Source of the DNA: Dictyostelium discoideum
Taxonomy: Eukaryota
Direction: 5' to 3'
Length of the DNA: 64,000 nucleotides
NCBI GenBank assembly: GCA_000004695.1
Contig: CM000151.3
Location: 4,608,001-4,672,000, forward strand
A program made the position numbers and the translations under genes. Shown in pieces: positions 27,412 to 40,325 of this stretch; the stretch's first letter is position 1; the number at the start of each line of letters is the position of its first letter. The notes beneath the pieces were generated by a model. The model was not told where the DNA came from, ran no database searches, and saw nothing but the letters and a program-made list of their open reading frames with translations.

Positions 27412-28149
27412 ATAATTAAATGATATTGTTTACTTTGATACATCGGTTTTGTATGGAGTTGTATTTTTACAAACTGCTAATGATTTGAAAATCATAAACA
27501 ATCAAACCTATTCGAATTGACTAACGTTTTACTATCAAATGATTTCAAATATTAATTTCGAAAATGCTGAAGTAACCATATTAAAAGTCATACCACCCAT
27601 AGATAAGTGTATGGAACAAATTAACCAAAGAGGTAGAGCCTTTGAAGTCAGTAGTTTATCCATGTTTCCAAATTAACCGATAAAATTCGATCTCATTGTG
27701 TTAGTCAAGTTTTATCAAGACTTGAAAAACCAAAAAAATGCTGTATCGATACAAAAGCAATGATGACCTGTTCAATGACATTTTCTTTAATGAAAATCCA
27801 AACTCAATTCCCACACCATCCAATATTCCAACTCAATCTCTTCAAAGTTCACACTTAAATCTCAGTTTTTATTACCCATCGAATCAAGAGCAATATTTTA
27901 ATATTCAAGATAAATTGAATTAATAAAACTAAATTCTAAATAATACTATAAAAAAAAAAAAAAAAAAAAAAAAATAAAAATATATTTAAATTAAATAAAA
28001 AAAGAAAAAAAAATGTCTACATTTGCCGATCTTCGTTCTGTTTACGGTGCCTTACTAGGTGGTATGGGTAGTATTGGTGCTTACTTTATTTATTCCAAAC
28101 CAATAGATGGGTTTCATTAAAAGAATATTTTAGAAAAGATTAAGGTTTT

Positions 28150-28742
28150 TATTTTAGAATTAATTGATATAAATTATTATTATTATTAATATTTTTATTA
28201 TTATTAATGGTGATATGATGATTTAAATTATTTTTAATGATTATAAGTATTGAACAATCGAATGCAATTCTTTTATTTCTATTGTCAATTGTGTCATTAT
28301 TGTTATTATCTGTAATTGAATGAGTGTATATAGTTTCATCATTAGAATTATTGGTTATGAATGTATTTTTTAAATTTTGAATATGATTATTTAGTGTTTG
28401 AAATTGTTGATCATTTAATCCTTTTAAATCATTTAAATGGGTTTCTTCCTCTTCTTCTTGTCTATATAAATATGTTTTTATAAATTGGTATAATAATTAT
28501 AAAAATAATAATAAAAATATAAAATAATTAAAGTGCGTTGATGCATACAATTTGTTTTCTTTTTTTTTTTGAAGGTTTTGATAATTGTTTTTATAATTAT
28601 TGATACTATTACAATAATCTTGTACTTGGTTGAATGTAATATTTAAATTATTAATTGATAATATTAATAAACAATTTAAAAGCTCTTCATTATTTTTATT
28701 ATTATAATTATTAATTAAATAAAAGTAAATTATACTATCCAT
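28150..28742 (-). pseudogene. Truncated 5' fragment of an FNIP-array gene (exon 1, intron and first ~110 codons of exon 2)
   Basis: Exon-1 module is MDSIIYFYLINNYNNKNNEELLNCLLILSINNLNITFNQVQDYCNSINNYKNNYQNLQKKKENK (ORF 28497..28742). The fragment is collinear with 25140..25744 of G1. Homology stops abruptly at ~28150. Confidence 0.6.
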
Positions 28743-29235
28743 TTGATAGCCAAATTAATTTTATCAAATAAAAAAGAAAAAAAAATGGTACTTTTTTTTT
28801 AATTTTGGTATTTAACTTTATTTTTTTATTATCAACATTAAATACTTTTTCTTAAAATAATTAATTATCAAAAAAAATGCGCCCATTCCCTTTTTTTAAA
28901 TTTTTTTTATTAACCTAGATATTTTTATTTTGATAAATTTTATGATAAAAAAAAAAACAAAAAAAAAAAAAAATCTAAAAAAATCACTGGTTGGTAAAAG
29001 CTTTTTTTTTAAAAAAAAATAGTTTTTCGTGATTTTGGCAAAATTTCATTTTTATATGAACATGTAAAAGATCGGCCAACATTAAAAAAAAAAAATATAT
29101 TTTTTTTTTTTTTTTAAATCAGACTGTTTTTTAGAGAGTTTTATTTAAAAACCACAATATACCACTTGGGATCACAAAAAATAAAAAAAAAATAAAAAAA
29201 ATTAAAACATTTGCATTAAAAAATTTATTTAAAAA

Positions 29236-31295
29236 TTAATAATTTAATTTCCCACGTTTTAATAGTTTTGTATGTTTGATAAAGAAATCTGTGGGAATAG
29301 AGTTTATAAAATTTAAACTATCATTGTAGATATAAACAAATTCGAATGAAGGTGGCCATATTAAATCTGGTAATTCATCACAATTATAACCTGTAAAATA
29401 AAATGATTTCAAATTAGGTGGTAAGGCATCTCTATCGATAGTTGAATCGAAAAAATCAGAAATTCGTAATAAAGTGAGTGATGATGGTAATACATCTTTT
29501 TGAATTGGTTGTTTGTAACTTGGTAATTTTAATACCCCTATAGATGATGGTAGATCTCCAACATTTAAGGGTTGATTAAAACCATAGATTTTTAATTTTT
29601 TAAGATTATTTGGTAAGAGACTATCGTTTAATTCGAATTCATCTGAAACTGTTAAAACTAGTTTTGAAATAGTAGGCGGGAATTTTACATCTGTTAAATC
29701 TATTTGACTTACATTGAGTTTCAACGAAGTTAAATTTTTGAAAAAATATAAAGAGTGTAAATGTGGGTGGGAACGAGTAGTGAAATCCATTATTTTTAGT
29801 GTTTGAATTGTTTTGGGCAATAGAAACACTTCAAGGCATTCATGTATTGATAAATTTGTAATTGTTGGTGGTAATTGAGCTGAATAGTCTTTGTTTCTAC
29901 CAAGATGTAAAGTTTTAATTGAGATTGGTAATGAATCTGGTTCAAGTTTATGATTGCCCGAACCGAATTTCAATGATGTAACATTGTTTGAAATCACTCC
30001 TTTTTCAATGGTCTGATTGAAAAAATAATCAAACTCTAAAGATGTTGTGCCACCTGGTACCGATGTTGAGTCAAATTTACATGTACCATCTTTAGAATCA
30101 AAATAACAATGAAGAGTTGTTACTGACTTTGGTATTGATCCATATAGAATTACTCCTTGATATTTTGGATCCAATAATAATGATGTAAGTGATGGTGGTA
30201 TTTCGTCTCTATGAATTGAATGTTGAAATAGTTTTCCAAAAGTTAAAGATTTTAATGTTCTTGGTAACCATGGTATACCATTTGTATCACTTAAAGATTG
30301 ATTAAATTCATTACCAAAATCAATAGATGTTAGACTATTACCAATGATATTACGGGTTAATTGTTGATCAAAATCTATAAATGTAATGGATTTACATGTA
30401 TCTGGTATCCAGTGTTCTCCAAGTATAATATCTGAACATCTCATCTCTATATTTTCAACAATTTGTGGCATTGGATAACAATTTGAGTTACGTTGGTTTT
30501 TATAGCCATCAGAATCCAATAACTTGACATTATTAAAATAATTTCTATATTTATATGTTGAAATGTTATTTCTCCTTATATCAAAGCTATGATTATGATT
30601 ATTATATATTCTAAGATGAAATAAAATTTGATCCCTAATAATCATATTTCCCCAAAACTTTTTAAATAATATATAATTATTATCAATTGTTTGATTTATT
30701 TGTTGATTTGTTTTAATTTTATTATTAATATCAGATTGTGATTTTAAAATTAATTGATTTATATTATTATTATTAGTGAGATGATTTAAATTATTTTTAA
30801 TGATTATAAGTATTGAACAATCGAATGAAATTCTTTTATTTCTATTGTTAATTGTGTCATTATTATTATTATCTGTAATTGAATGAGTATATATAATTTC
30901 ATTATTAGAATTATTGGTTGTTAATATATTTTTTAAATTTTGAATTTGATTATTTAGTGTTTGAAATTGTTTGTCATTTAATCCTTTTAAATCATTTAAA
31001 TGCTTTTTTTCCTCTTCTTGTCTAAAAATGTTTATAAATTAGTATAATAATATAATAATAAAATATAAAATATAAAATAATCAAAGTGTGTTAATGCATA
31101 CAATTTTTTTATTTTTTTTATTTGAAGGTTTTGATTATTGTTTTTGTAATTATTGATACTATTACAATAATCTTGAAGTTCATTGAATGTAATATTTAAA
31201 TTATTAATTGATAATATTAATAAACAATTTAAAAACTCTTCATTATTTCTATTGTTATAATTATTAATTAAATAAGAGTAAATTATATTATCCAT
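29236..31295 (-). CDS. FNIP-repeat protein, array copy G3: exon 1 31102..31295, exon 2 29236..31021
   Basis: Exon 1 is MDNIIYSYLINNYNNRNNEEFLNCLLILSINNLNITFNELQDYCNSINNYKNNNQNLQIKKIKK. The intron is 80 nt, phase 2 (tt|GTATGC...tttttag|a). Exon 2 is open from the acceptor through stop 29236 (RQEEEKKHLNDLKGLNDKQFQTL...MIIRDQILFHL...FNQSLSD... FNIP repeats). The 3' ~500 nt are nearly identical to G1. Confidence 0.6.
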
Positions 31296-31515
31296 TTGAT
31301 ATTCATAAAAAAAAAATAATAAATAATAAAATGGAATTAAAAAAGTAAGATTGACTTGTACAGAAATAGTTTTTCCTAAGGGATAACCAAAAAAAGGCAC
31401 TTTTTTTTGGCCCTCAAGGTGAAAAATAAAATTGGAACTTCCTGTGGGTAATTGAGTTAATTATGAAAAACTTAGTGATTTAGAATAAACCAAATTATTA
31501 AAAAATTTTCATTCC

Positions 31516-31555
<40 letters not shown>

Positions 31556-31676
31556 ATGAATGCATGGCTTAAACTTTTAAATAATATTAAACAATATTTG
31601 CTAAAATCTATTGTAAAATTAAATTTAAAATGTAATTATTAGTATTTAAAAAAAAATAAAAAAAAAAAATGAACTT

Positions 31677-31712
<36 letters not shown>

Positions 31713-32338
31713 AACCCCGAAAAAAAAAAAAAAATAAACTCAAAAAAAAAATAAACTCAAAAAAAAAATCACAAATAAAAAACAAACCCTTTTTCTATTT
31801 GAGCCCTGGTATTTCTGATTTTTTTTTTTTTTGGAAATTATTCTTTTTATTCTATTTATTTTTTTTTTAAATTTTTTTAATAACCTTGTTTATTCCCCAA
31901 TAACTTAATCTTTTTCAAAAACTTTTTTTTTTTTACAATAACTCAATTTTTCAAGGAATGGTTCACCAGCAAACTTTTTTTTCACTTTGTTTTATTAAAA
32001 TTTTAAGTAAAAAAAAATAAAGAAATAATAAAAATTCTCTTTTTTTAATAAACTATTATTTTTTTTTTCAATTTATAACTTTTTTATAAATTTCTATTTT
32101 ATAACTTTTTTATAAATTTCTATTTTATAACTTTTTTTTTTTTTTAAATCTTAAAAAAAAAAAAAAAAAAAAATAATAATAATAAAAGCCAATAATAGTA
32201 ATAAAATTTTAAAAAACTAATTACAAAATTTTCATTATCAAATTTTATTTATTTAGTTCATTTTTTTTTTCTGATTTTTTTTTTTTTTTTTTGATTTGAT
32301 TTAAATTAATTCGATTTTATTTTTTCAAAAAAATTAAT

Positions 32339-32379
<41 letters not shown>

Positions 32380-32779
32380 TTGGTTGGAATGCCAAGCTTC
32401 AGTGGCAGAATGTTCAGTCAACAATCAAACAGTAAATAATACAATTTCAATCATTCATTAAAAATTTATTATTTTATCAAAGCAACAAATTCTGATCAGT
32501 GCGACTATATCTTTTGAAATTTATTAGCAGCAGTTGATTATTTTATGGTTGCAACAACTCTAATAGGATGAATTCTAGTAACAAACAGATAATCTACTTG
32601 TCGATGGCAAATATTGTTCAACATTCACAACTAATTGATAGAACTGATTCAATAGAAGTTTTATATCAACTCTTGATATTTGCCAATATGTTTGGACCAA
32701 TAATAATAACAATGGTAAAGAAGAATCAGATGAGCCAATATTAAAAGTTGGTAATAATGTTTAGGTTCATTCAATACTG

Positions 32780-34340
32780 GAAAACTTAGAAACCTCCAAT
32801 AAAGTGAGTGATGATGGTAATACATCTTTTTGAATTGGTTGTTCGTAACTTGGTAATTTTAATATCTCTATCGATGATGGTAGATCTCCAACATTTAATG
32901 GTAGATCGAATTCATATATTATTAATTTTTTAAGATTATTCGGTAGGAGACTATTGTTTAATTTGAAATTTTATAAAACTGTCAAAGTTAGTTTTATAAT
33001 GGTAGGTGAGAATTCTACACCAGTTAAATCCACTCCAATTGCATTAAGTTCCAATGATTTTAAATTTTCAAAAATATGGAAAGAGTGGCTATCTAATTGG
33101 GTAAAATTATTTGAACCAATTATTTTTAGTTTTTCAATTGTTTTGGGCAATATTCCGATGTCAGAGAATGTAACAATTGATAAATTTGTAATTGTTGGCG
33201 GAAAGACTTTTTGAGTAAAAATGGTTCTGTTTCGACCTAGACCTAAAGTTTTAATTGATATTGGTAATGAATTTGGTTCAAGTTTATAATCGCCCATACG
33301 GAATTTCAACGATGTAACATAGTGTGGAATCATACCTTTTTCAATGGTCCCATTATAATAAAAATCAAACTCCAATGAAGTTGTACCACCTGGTACCGAC
33401 GTTAAGTCAAATTTATATATGTCGTGTTCTTTAAAAAATAAAGAATAATGAAGAGTTGTTACTGATTTTGGTATTGATCCATATTGGATTACTCCTTTGT
33501 ACACTGGAATAAATATTAGTGTTGTAAGTGATGGTGGCATTTCATCTCTATGAATTGAATGTTGAAATGATTTTCCAAAAGTTAAAGATTTTAATGTTCT
33601 TGGTAACCATGGTTCACCTTTTGTGTCACTTAACGATTGATTAAATTCATTACTAAAATTAATGGATGTTAGACTATTACCAATAATGTTACGGGTTAAT
33701 TGTTGATCAAAATAGGTAAATTTAATGGATTTACAAGTATCTGGTATCCAATGATCTACTAGTATAATATCTGAACAATTCATCTCTATCTTTTCTGCAG
33801 TTGATGGCATTGGACAACAATTTGAGATATTTTGTTGGTGGTTGTTATTCTCATCAGAATTCGATATGTTGGAATTATTAAAATAATTTCTATATTTATA
33901 TGTTGAAATATTATGTCCCCCTATATCAATGCTATAAATGATTCTGATTATTATATATTCTAAGATGAAATAAAATTTGATCCCTGATAAATATATTTCC
34001 CCAAACTTTTTTTAAATAATATAATTATTATCAAGTGTTTGATATATTTGTTGATTCGTTCTTACTTTATTAATATCAATTAATTTTAAAATCACAACCT
34101 GATTTAAATTATTGCATTTATTATTACTATTATTGGTGGTATGATTTAAATTATTTTTAATGGTGATATGATGATTTAAATTATTTTTAATGATTATAAG
34201 TATTGAACAATCGAATGCAATTCTTTTATTTCTTTTTGTTAATTGTGTCATTACTATTTTCTGTAATTGAAGGTTTTGATTATTGTTTTTATAATTAATA
34301 CCATTACATTAATCTTGAAGTTGGTTGAATGTAATATTTA
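32780..34340 (-). pseudogene. Decayed FNIP-array copy G4: truncated at both ends, internal deletion fusing exon-2 and exon-1 sequence
   Basis: ORF 32971..33810 holds the FNIP-repeat core (...FNQSLSDTKGEPWLPRTLKSLTFGKSFQHS...). The C-terminal coding stops matching at ~32780. The 5' side (33810..34340) is homologous but shows frameshifts and a deletion, then runs into a non-AT-rich block at 34350. Confidence 0.55.
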
Positions 34341-34484
34341 AATTATTAACATCCAAGCCATGATCGCTTAGAAGGGCTTGTATTAACCCGTTGGCACGAA
34401 TAGCCCGGACAGCAGGACAGCCCTTAAAAAAAATTTTAAAAAAAAAAGGGCTGGTTTCAAGATTTTTTTTTTTTTTTTAAAATA

Positions 34485-35195
34485 AAAAAGGACCACACAG
34501 GCTTATAAAAAGAATTAATTTGTCATAAAAATTAAATGTAATAAACGTATTAAAAAAATTTTAAAATTTTAAAATGTAATGAATGTATTAAAAAAATTTT
34601 ATAATTTAAAATGTAATAAACGTATTAAATTATTAAAAAGAAATGTATTATTTTAAATAAAAAAATAATAGATATTTAAGTGTTATGAAGGAAGTTTTTT
34701 TTTATTTAAGTTTAATAAATTTAAATTAAAGCATGGAGATTTGTCACATTAATTTTTTATTTTTCGAGAACCTGCCTCTCTCTTTTTGACTCAGACATTT
34801 TTTTTTTTTTTATTTTTTTTTTTTTTTTTGGCTTGAATATTTTGTCGGCAAGCTGCCGAAAGAATTAATGTGATCATTTTTACCGGCCGGTAGTTTTAAT
34901 ATGGGAACCATTAGTTAATATGTATTGTCACTACAGTCTTTTGCGGTGTTTTGTTTAAAGTTGATTCTTTTCAAATATTGGGACTTCCCATATAAAACTA
35001 CCGGCCGGTAAAAATGTCACATTAATTCTTTCGGCAGCTTGCCGACAAAATATTCAAGCCAAAAAAAAAAAAAAAAAATAAAAAAAAAAAATATCTGAGT
35101 CAAAAAATCACATAAAAAAAAAAAATGAGCGAAATTTTTTGACAATCTGGTTTATTAATTCAAATTATTATTTTAATAATAATAATAATAATTTT

Positions 35196-35249
<54 letters not shown>

Positions 35250-35530
35250 CTGAGTCAGTTTTTAAAAAACAAAAAAAAAAAAATTAATGTGACAAATTAT
35301 TAAATAGTTATTTATTGAAATATTTATTTTCGTATGTGCGACTGACTGTGTCTTTTATTTTTGATATTTTCTTTGTATGATTTTGGTTTATTATTTGAAA
35401 TAAATAAATTCATTGGAAGTGCCACCATTTAAATTTTTTTTTTTTTTTTGGGAAAAAACAACATGTGTATTTGGATCCATTTGAAAAGATTGTAAAAAGG
35501 ACTACACAGGCTTATAAAAAGGTTTTTTTT
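34485..35530. mobile_element. Composite non-coding element: ~27-bp direct repeats at both ends, 33-bp tandem repeats, and a nested ~310-bp perfect hairpin with TTGTCACATTAAT termini. MITE-like, non-autonomous DNA-transposon-like
   Basis: AAAAGGACCACACAGGCTTATAAAAAG at 34487 and AAAAGGACTACACAGGCTTATAAAAAG at 35497. (aaatgtaataaacgtattaaaaaaattttaaaattttaa)x3 at 34545..34650. Long inverted repeat arms gactcagacattttt...ggcttgaatattttgtcggcaagctgccgaaagaattaatgtgatca (34788..34895) against tgtcacattaattctttcggcagcttgccgacaaaatattcaagcc...atatctgagtc (35022..35100). Extra terminus copies at 34742 (ttgtcacattaat) and 35246..35295 (atatctgagtc...attaatgtgacaa). No ORF. Confidence 0.45.
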
Positions 35531-35739
35531 AAAAAAAATTAAAAAAAAAAAATAAAAACAATAAAAAAAACGATAAAAACATTACAATTTTTTAATTTTT
35601 TGTTAATTAATGTTCTTTTAAATAAAAAAAAATATATAAAAATAAAAAATAAAAAAAATAAAATAAAACAATTACATCAAAACAGTTGTTTTAAAAATTA
35701 ATATTTTTATTTTATATTTTTTTTTTTTTAAAATTGTTC

Positions 35740-37821
35740 ACTTTGTAATAGTTTTACATGTTTGATAAAGAAATGTGTGGGAATGGAATTTATAAAATCT
35801 AAACTATCACCACAGATATAAATAAATTCAAATGAAGGTGGCCATATTAAATCTGGTAATTCTTTACAACCATAACCTGTAAAATAAAATTATTTTAAAT
35901 TTGGTGGCAATGCATCTCTATCCATACTTGAATTGAAAAAATCTGAAACGCCTAATAAAGTGAGTGATAATGGAAATAAATCTTTTTAAATTGGTTGTTT
36001 GTACTGTGGTAGCTTTAATACCTCTATTGATGATGGTAAATCTCCAACATTTAATGGTTGATTAAAATTAAATAATTTTAATTTTTTAAAATTATTTTGT
36101 AAGAGACAATCATTAAATTCCAAATAATCTGAAACTGCTAAAGTTAATCTTGAAATAATATTTGGGAATTTTACATTGGTTAAATCCACCTGTTTTGCAT
36201 CAAAGTTCAATGATGTTAAATTTTTAAGAAAATAAAAAGAGTGGTTATCTAATTGGGAAGGAGGACTAAAATCCATTATTTTTAGTTTTTGAATTGTTTT
36301 CGGTAATATTTTGATATCAGAGAATGTATATACTGATAAATTTGTAATTGCTTGTGGGAAGACATCTCGAGGAAAGTTTTGGTTGCTACCAAGATGTAGA
36401 GTTTTAATTGAGATAGGTAATGAATTTGATTTAATTATACTATTGCAGAAACTGAATTTCAACGATGTAACATTGTGTGAAATCATACCTTTTTCAATGG
36501 TCTGGTCAAAAAAAGAATCAAACTCTAATGATGTTGTACCACCTGGTATCGATGTTGAGTCTAATTTAGCACCACCCTTAGAATCAAAATAATAATGAAG
36601 AGTTGTTACCGATTTTGGTATTGATCCATATTCGATTACTCCTTTATATTTTGGATCCAATATTAATGATGTAAGTGATGGTGGTATTTCGTCTCTATGA
36701 ATTGAATGTTGAAAAGATTTTCCAAAAGTTAAAGATTTTAATGTTCTTGGTAACCATGGTATACCATTTTTGTCACTTAATGATTGATTAAAATCCTTGC
36801 CAAAATCAATGGATGTTAGACTATTACCAATGATATTACGAGTTAATTGTTGATTAAAATGCGAAAATATAATGGATTTACATGTATCTGGTATCCAGTG
36901 GTCTACTAGTATAATATCTGAACATCTCATCTCTATCTTTTCCACAATTTGTGGTATTGGATAACAATTTGAGTTATGTTGGTCGCATAAGCCATTAAAA
37001 CTCAATAACTTGACATTATTAAAATAATTTCTGTATTTATATGTTGAAATATTATTTCTCTTTATTTCAAATGCTATGATTATGATTATTATATATTCTA
37101 AGATGAAATAAAATTTGATCCCTGATAAATATATTTCCCCAAACTTTTTTAAATAATTTATAATTATTATCAATTGTTTGATCTATTTGTTGATTTGTTC
37201 TTATTTTATTATTTAAATCAGGTTGTGGTTTTAAAATCAATTGATTTAAATTATTACTATTATCATTATTTTTAATGGTGATATGATGATTTAAATTATT
37301 TTTAATGATTATAAGTATTGAACAATCGAATGCAATTCTTTTATTTCTATTGTTAATTGTGTCATTACTATTATTGTTATTATCTGTAATTGAATGATTA
37401 TATATAACTTCATCATTAGAATTATTGGTTGTAAATGTGTTTTTTAAATTTTGAATATGATTATTTAGTGTTTGAAATTGCTGATCATTTAATCCTTTTA
37501 AATCATTTAAATGCTTTTTTTCCTCTTCTTCTTGTCTATATAAATATGTTTTTATAAATTAGTATAATAATAAAAATAATAATAAAAATAATATATAAAA
37601 CAATCAAAGTGTGTTAATGCATACAATATTTTTTTTCTTTTTTTTATTTGAAGGTTTTGATTATTGTTTTTGTAATTATTGATACTATTACAATAATCTT
37701 GAAGTTGGTTGAATGTAATGTTTAAATTATTAATTGATAATATTAATAAACAATTTAAAAACTCTTCATTGTTTTTATTATTATAATTATTAATTAAATA
37801 AGAGTAAATTATGTTATCCAT
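35740..37821 (-). pseudogene. FNIP-array copy G5 with a +1 frameshift near 37080 and a premature stop at 35986: probable pseudogene
   Basis: Exon 1 is intact (MDNIIYSYLINNYNNKNNEEFLNCLLILSINNLNITFNQLQDYCNSINNYKNNNQNLQIKKRKK, start 37821). Exon 2 has a 1-nt insertion (catagcAtttgaaata vs G3 catagctttgatata), so the acceptor frame hits TGA. ORF 35986..37173 stops at ...YKQPI*, where intact copies continue another ~95 aa. The homologous tail 35740..35985 contains further stops. Confidence 0.5.
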
Positions 37822-37991
37822 TTGATATTAAAAAAAAAAAAAAAAAAAAATCTCCAAAAAAAAAAAAAAAAAAAAAAAAAAATATCTCCAAAAAAAAAAA
37901 AAAAAGCTTTTTTTTTTGGGGCAGTGTTTTTTTTTTTTATTTTTAAATTTTTATTTTTAAACTTTAATAACAAGAAAAACATTTTATAATA

Positions 37992-40064
37992 TTATTTTAA
38001 TCTAATATGGTTGGTAAAGAAGTCAAGATCAATTGAATTGATGAAATTAAAGCTGGCTTCTGAGATATAAGCAAATTCAAATGAAGTTGGCCATATTAAA
38101 TTTGGTAATTTTCTAAGTTCACGACCATGAAAATAAAATAATTTTAAATTTGGTGGTAATGCATCTCTTTGTATGGTTGAAATGCAATGATCTTGTAATT
38201 TTAAAACATTGAGTGAAGAAGGTAAATCACCATTTTTTATTGGGTAATCATAATTGGGTAATTTTAAAACTTCAATTGAAGATGGTAAATCACCATTGGC
38301 AATTGGGTGGTTAAATTCTTTAAGTTTTAATTTTTTGAGTGAATTTGGGAAGATTCCATTACTCAATTTTAAATTTGGGCAACTTAATACTATTCTTAAA
38401 AGTGTATTTGGAAAAACCCCTTCTTCTAAAACTGAATCAGATAGTTTTTCAATTTTTAATGATGTTAAATTTCTAAAATTATTAAATGAGATTTTTGATA
38501 AATTAAAAAAACTTGTTATTTTTAAAGATTCTATTGATTTTGGTAAAAAGCAACTATGATAATCACCATAAATTGATAATTTTTTAATATTAGGTGGTAA
38601 GATATTATCACTATCCAATTCAATTGAACCTATTCTTAATGTTTTAATTGATAGAGGTAATGAATTTGGTTCAATTTCAATTTTAGAAATATTATCAATT
38701 TCCAAAGATGTTACATTAATGGGAATCATATCTTTTTTGATTGTTTGATTAAAATAACAACCAATTTTTAATGAGGTTACACCTTTACTAATTGATTTTG
38801 TATCAAAATGATTTTTTCTGATTGTGAAAAATTCATAATGAAGAGTTGTAACTGATTTTGGTATTGATTCATTTAAGATTATTCCTTGATATTCAGAGTC
38901 CAAAAATAGTTCTGTCAATGATTGAGGTAATTCATTTCTTTGAATTGTTTGTTGAAATGATTGACCTAGACTTAAAGTTTTAAGTTTCTTGGGTAACCAT
39001 GGTAATCCATTTGAATCACTCAATGGTTGATTAAATGAATTTCCAAAGAAAATTGTAGTCAAACTATTACTAATTATATTTCTATTTAATTTTTGTTGAT
39101 TAAAGTTATGAAAATAAATTGATTTACATGTATCTGGTATCCAATGATCACCTATTGTAATACTTGAACAATCAACTTCAACTCTTTCAACTCCATATGG
39201 TAATGGATAAAAACGATTTGTTAATGGGGTAAATCCAATTTCGCCATTATTATCCTCAATTATTAATTTAACATTTTTAAAATAATTTCTATATTTATAT
39301 GGTGTAATCTCTTTTATTGGAATCCCATAAAAACCACAATTAAGATTATTATATATTTTAAGATGAAATATAATTTGTTTCCTAATAATCATATTTCCCC
39401 AAACTCTTTTAAATAAATTATAATTTCTTTCAAAGCTGTTTGAATTATTTTTTAATTTATTATTATTATTATTATTTAAAATTTCTTTAGAATTATTAAT
39501 AAAAATACAAGTTTCTTTAAAATTATTATTATTATTATTATTATTAATTGTGATGAGATGATTTAAATTATTTTTAATGATTAAAAGTATTGAACAATCA
39601 AATGCGATTCTTTTATTTCTATTGTTAATTGTTTCATTATTATTATTATCTGTAATTGAATGTTTATATATAATTTCTTCATTGAAAATTTTGCTATAGA
39701 AGATATTTAAAATTTGTGTATGATAATTTACTATTTCAAACTGTTGTTCATTTAATCCTTTAAAATCACATAAAAAATCATTTTTTTCATTTCTATTTAT
39801 AAAACATAATAATAATATTAATTTTTATTAGTGATAAAAATAAAATTTATTATAAGGGTATATATGTATATTTTTTTTTTTATTTATTTAAATATTTATA
39901 CAAACAATAATGTTTTTCTTTTTAAATTATTATTATAACAATAATTTAATAATTCATTAAAAGTTATATTTAAATTATTAATTGATAATATTAATAAACA
40001 ATTTAAAAATTCTTCATCATTGTTACCGCAATCATAATTATTAATTAAGTATGAATAAAAAATA
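37992..40064 (-). CDS. Divergent FNIP-repeat protein, array copy G6: exon 1 39898..40064, exon 2 37992..39792
   Basis: Exon 1 is MESIFYSYLINNYDCGNNDEEFLNCLLILSINNLNITFNELLNYCYNNNLKRKTL. The intron is ~105 nt, phase 2 (tt|GTTTGT...ataaatag|a). Exon 2 is open from NEKNDFLCDFKGLNEQQFE... through MIIRKQIIFHLKIYN...FNQPLSDSNGLPWLPKKLKTLSLGQSFQQTIQRNELPQSL... to stop 37992. Confidence 0.55.
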
Positions 40065-40101
40065 CTCTCCATTTTGTAATTATTTAGGTTGTGTGATGTT
40101 G

Positions 40102-40134
<33 letters not shown>

Positions 40135-40264
40135 GTTATTAATATTATTAATTATTTTTTATTACCACACAGGGTTTTTTTTTCTCATGTGAAAATATTA
40201 ATAATTAAAAAGGGAACTGTTTAACTTAATTTCAAAAAAAAAAAAAAAAATAGGGTTGACAAAA

Positions 40265-40306
<42 letters not shown>

Positions 40307-40325
40307 AATTCTAAGATTTAATACT

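Noticed and set aside
32400-32780. Moderately GC-richer block with two ~55-codon ORFs downstream of FNIP copy G4
   Set aside because: The ORFs are short with no recognisable motifs. The block is probably degraded repeat or gene remnant. There is insufficient evidence to call it.
34350-34425. GC-rich 75-bp island as a possible tRNA gene (tRNA genes are transposon targets in Dictyostelium)
   Set aside because: There is no cloverleaf. It has no GTTCRA T-loop box and no acceptor-stem complementarity on either strand. More likely it is a fragment of a repeat element.
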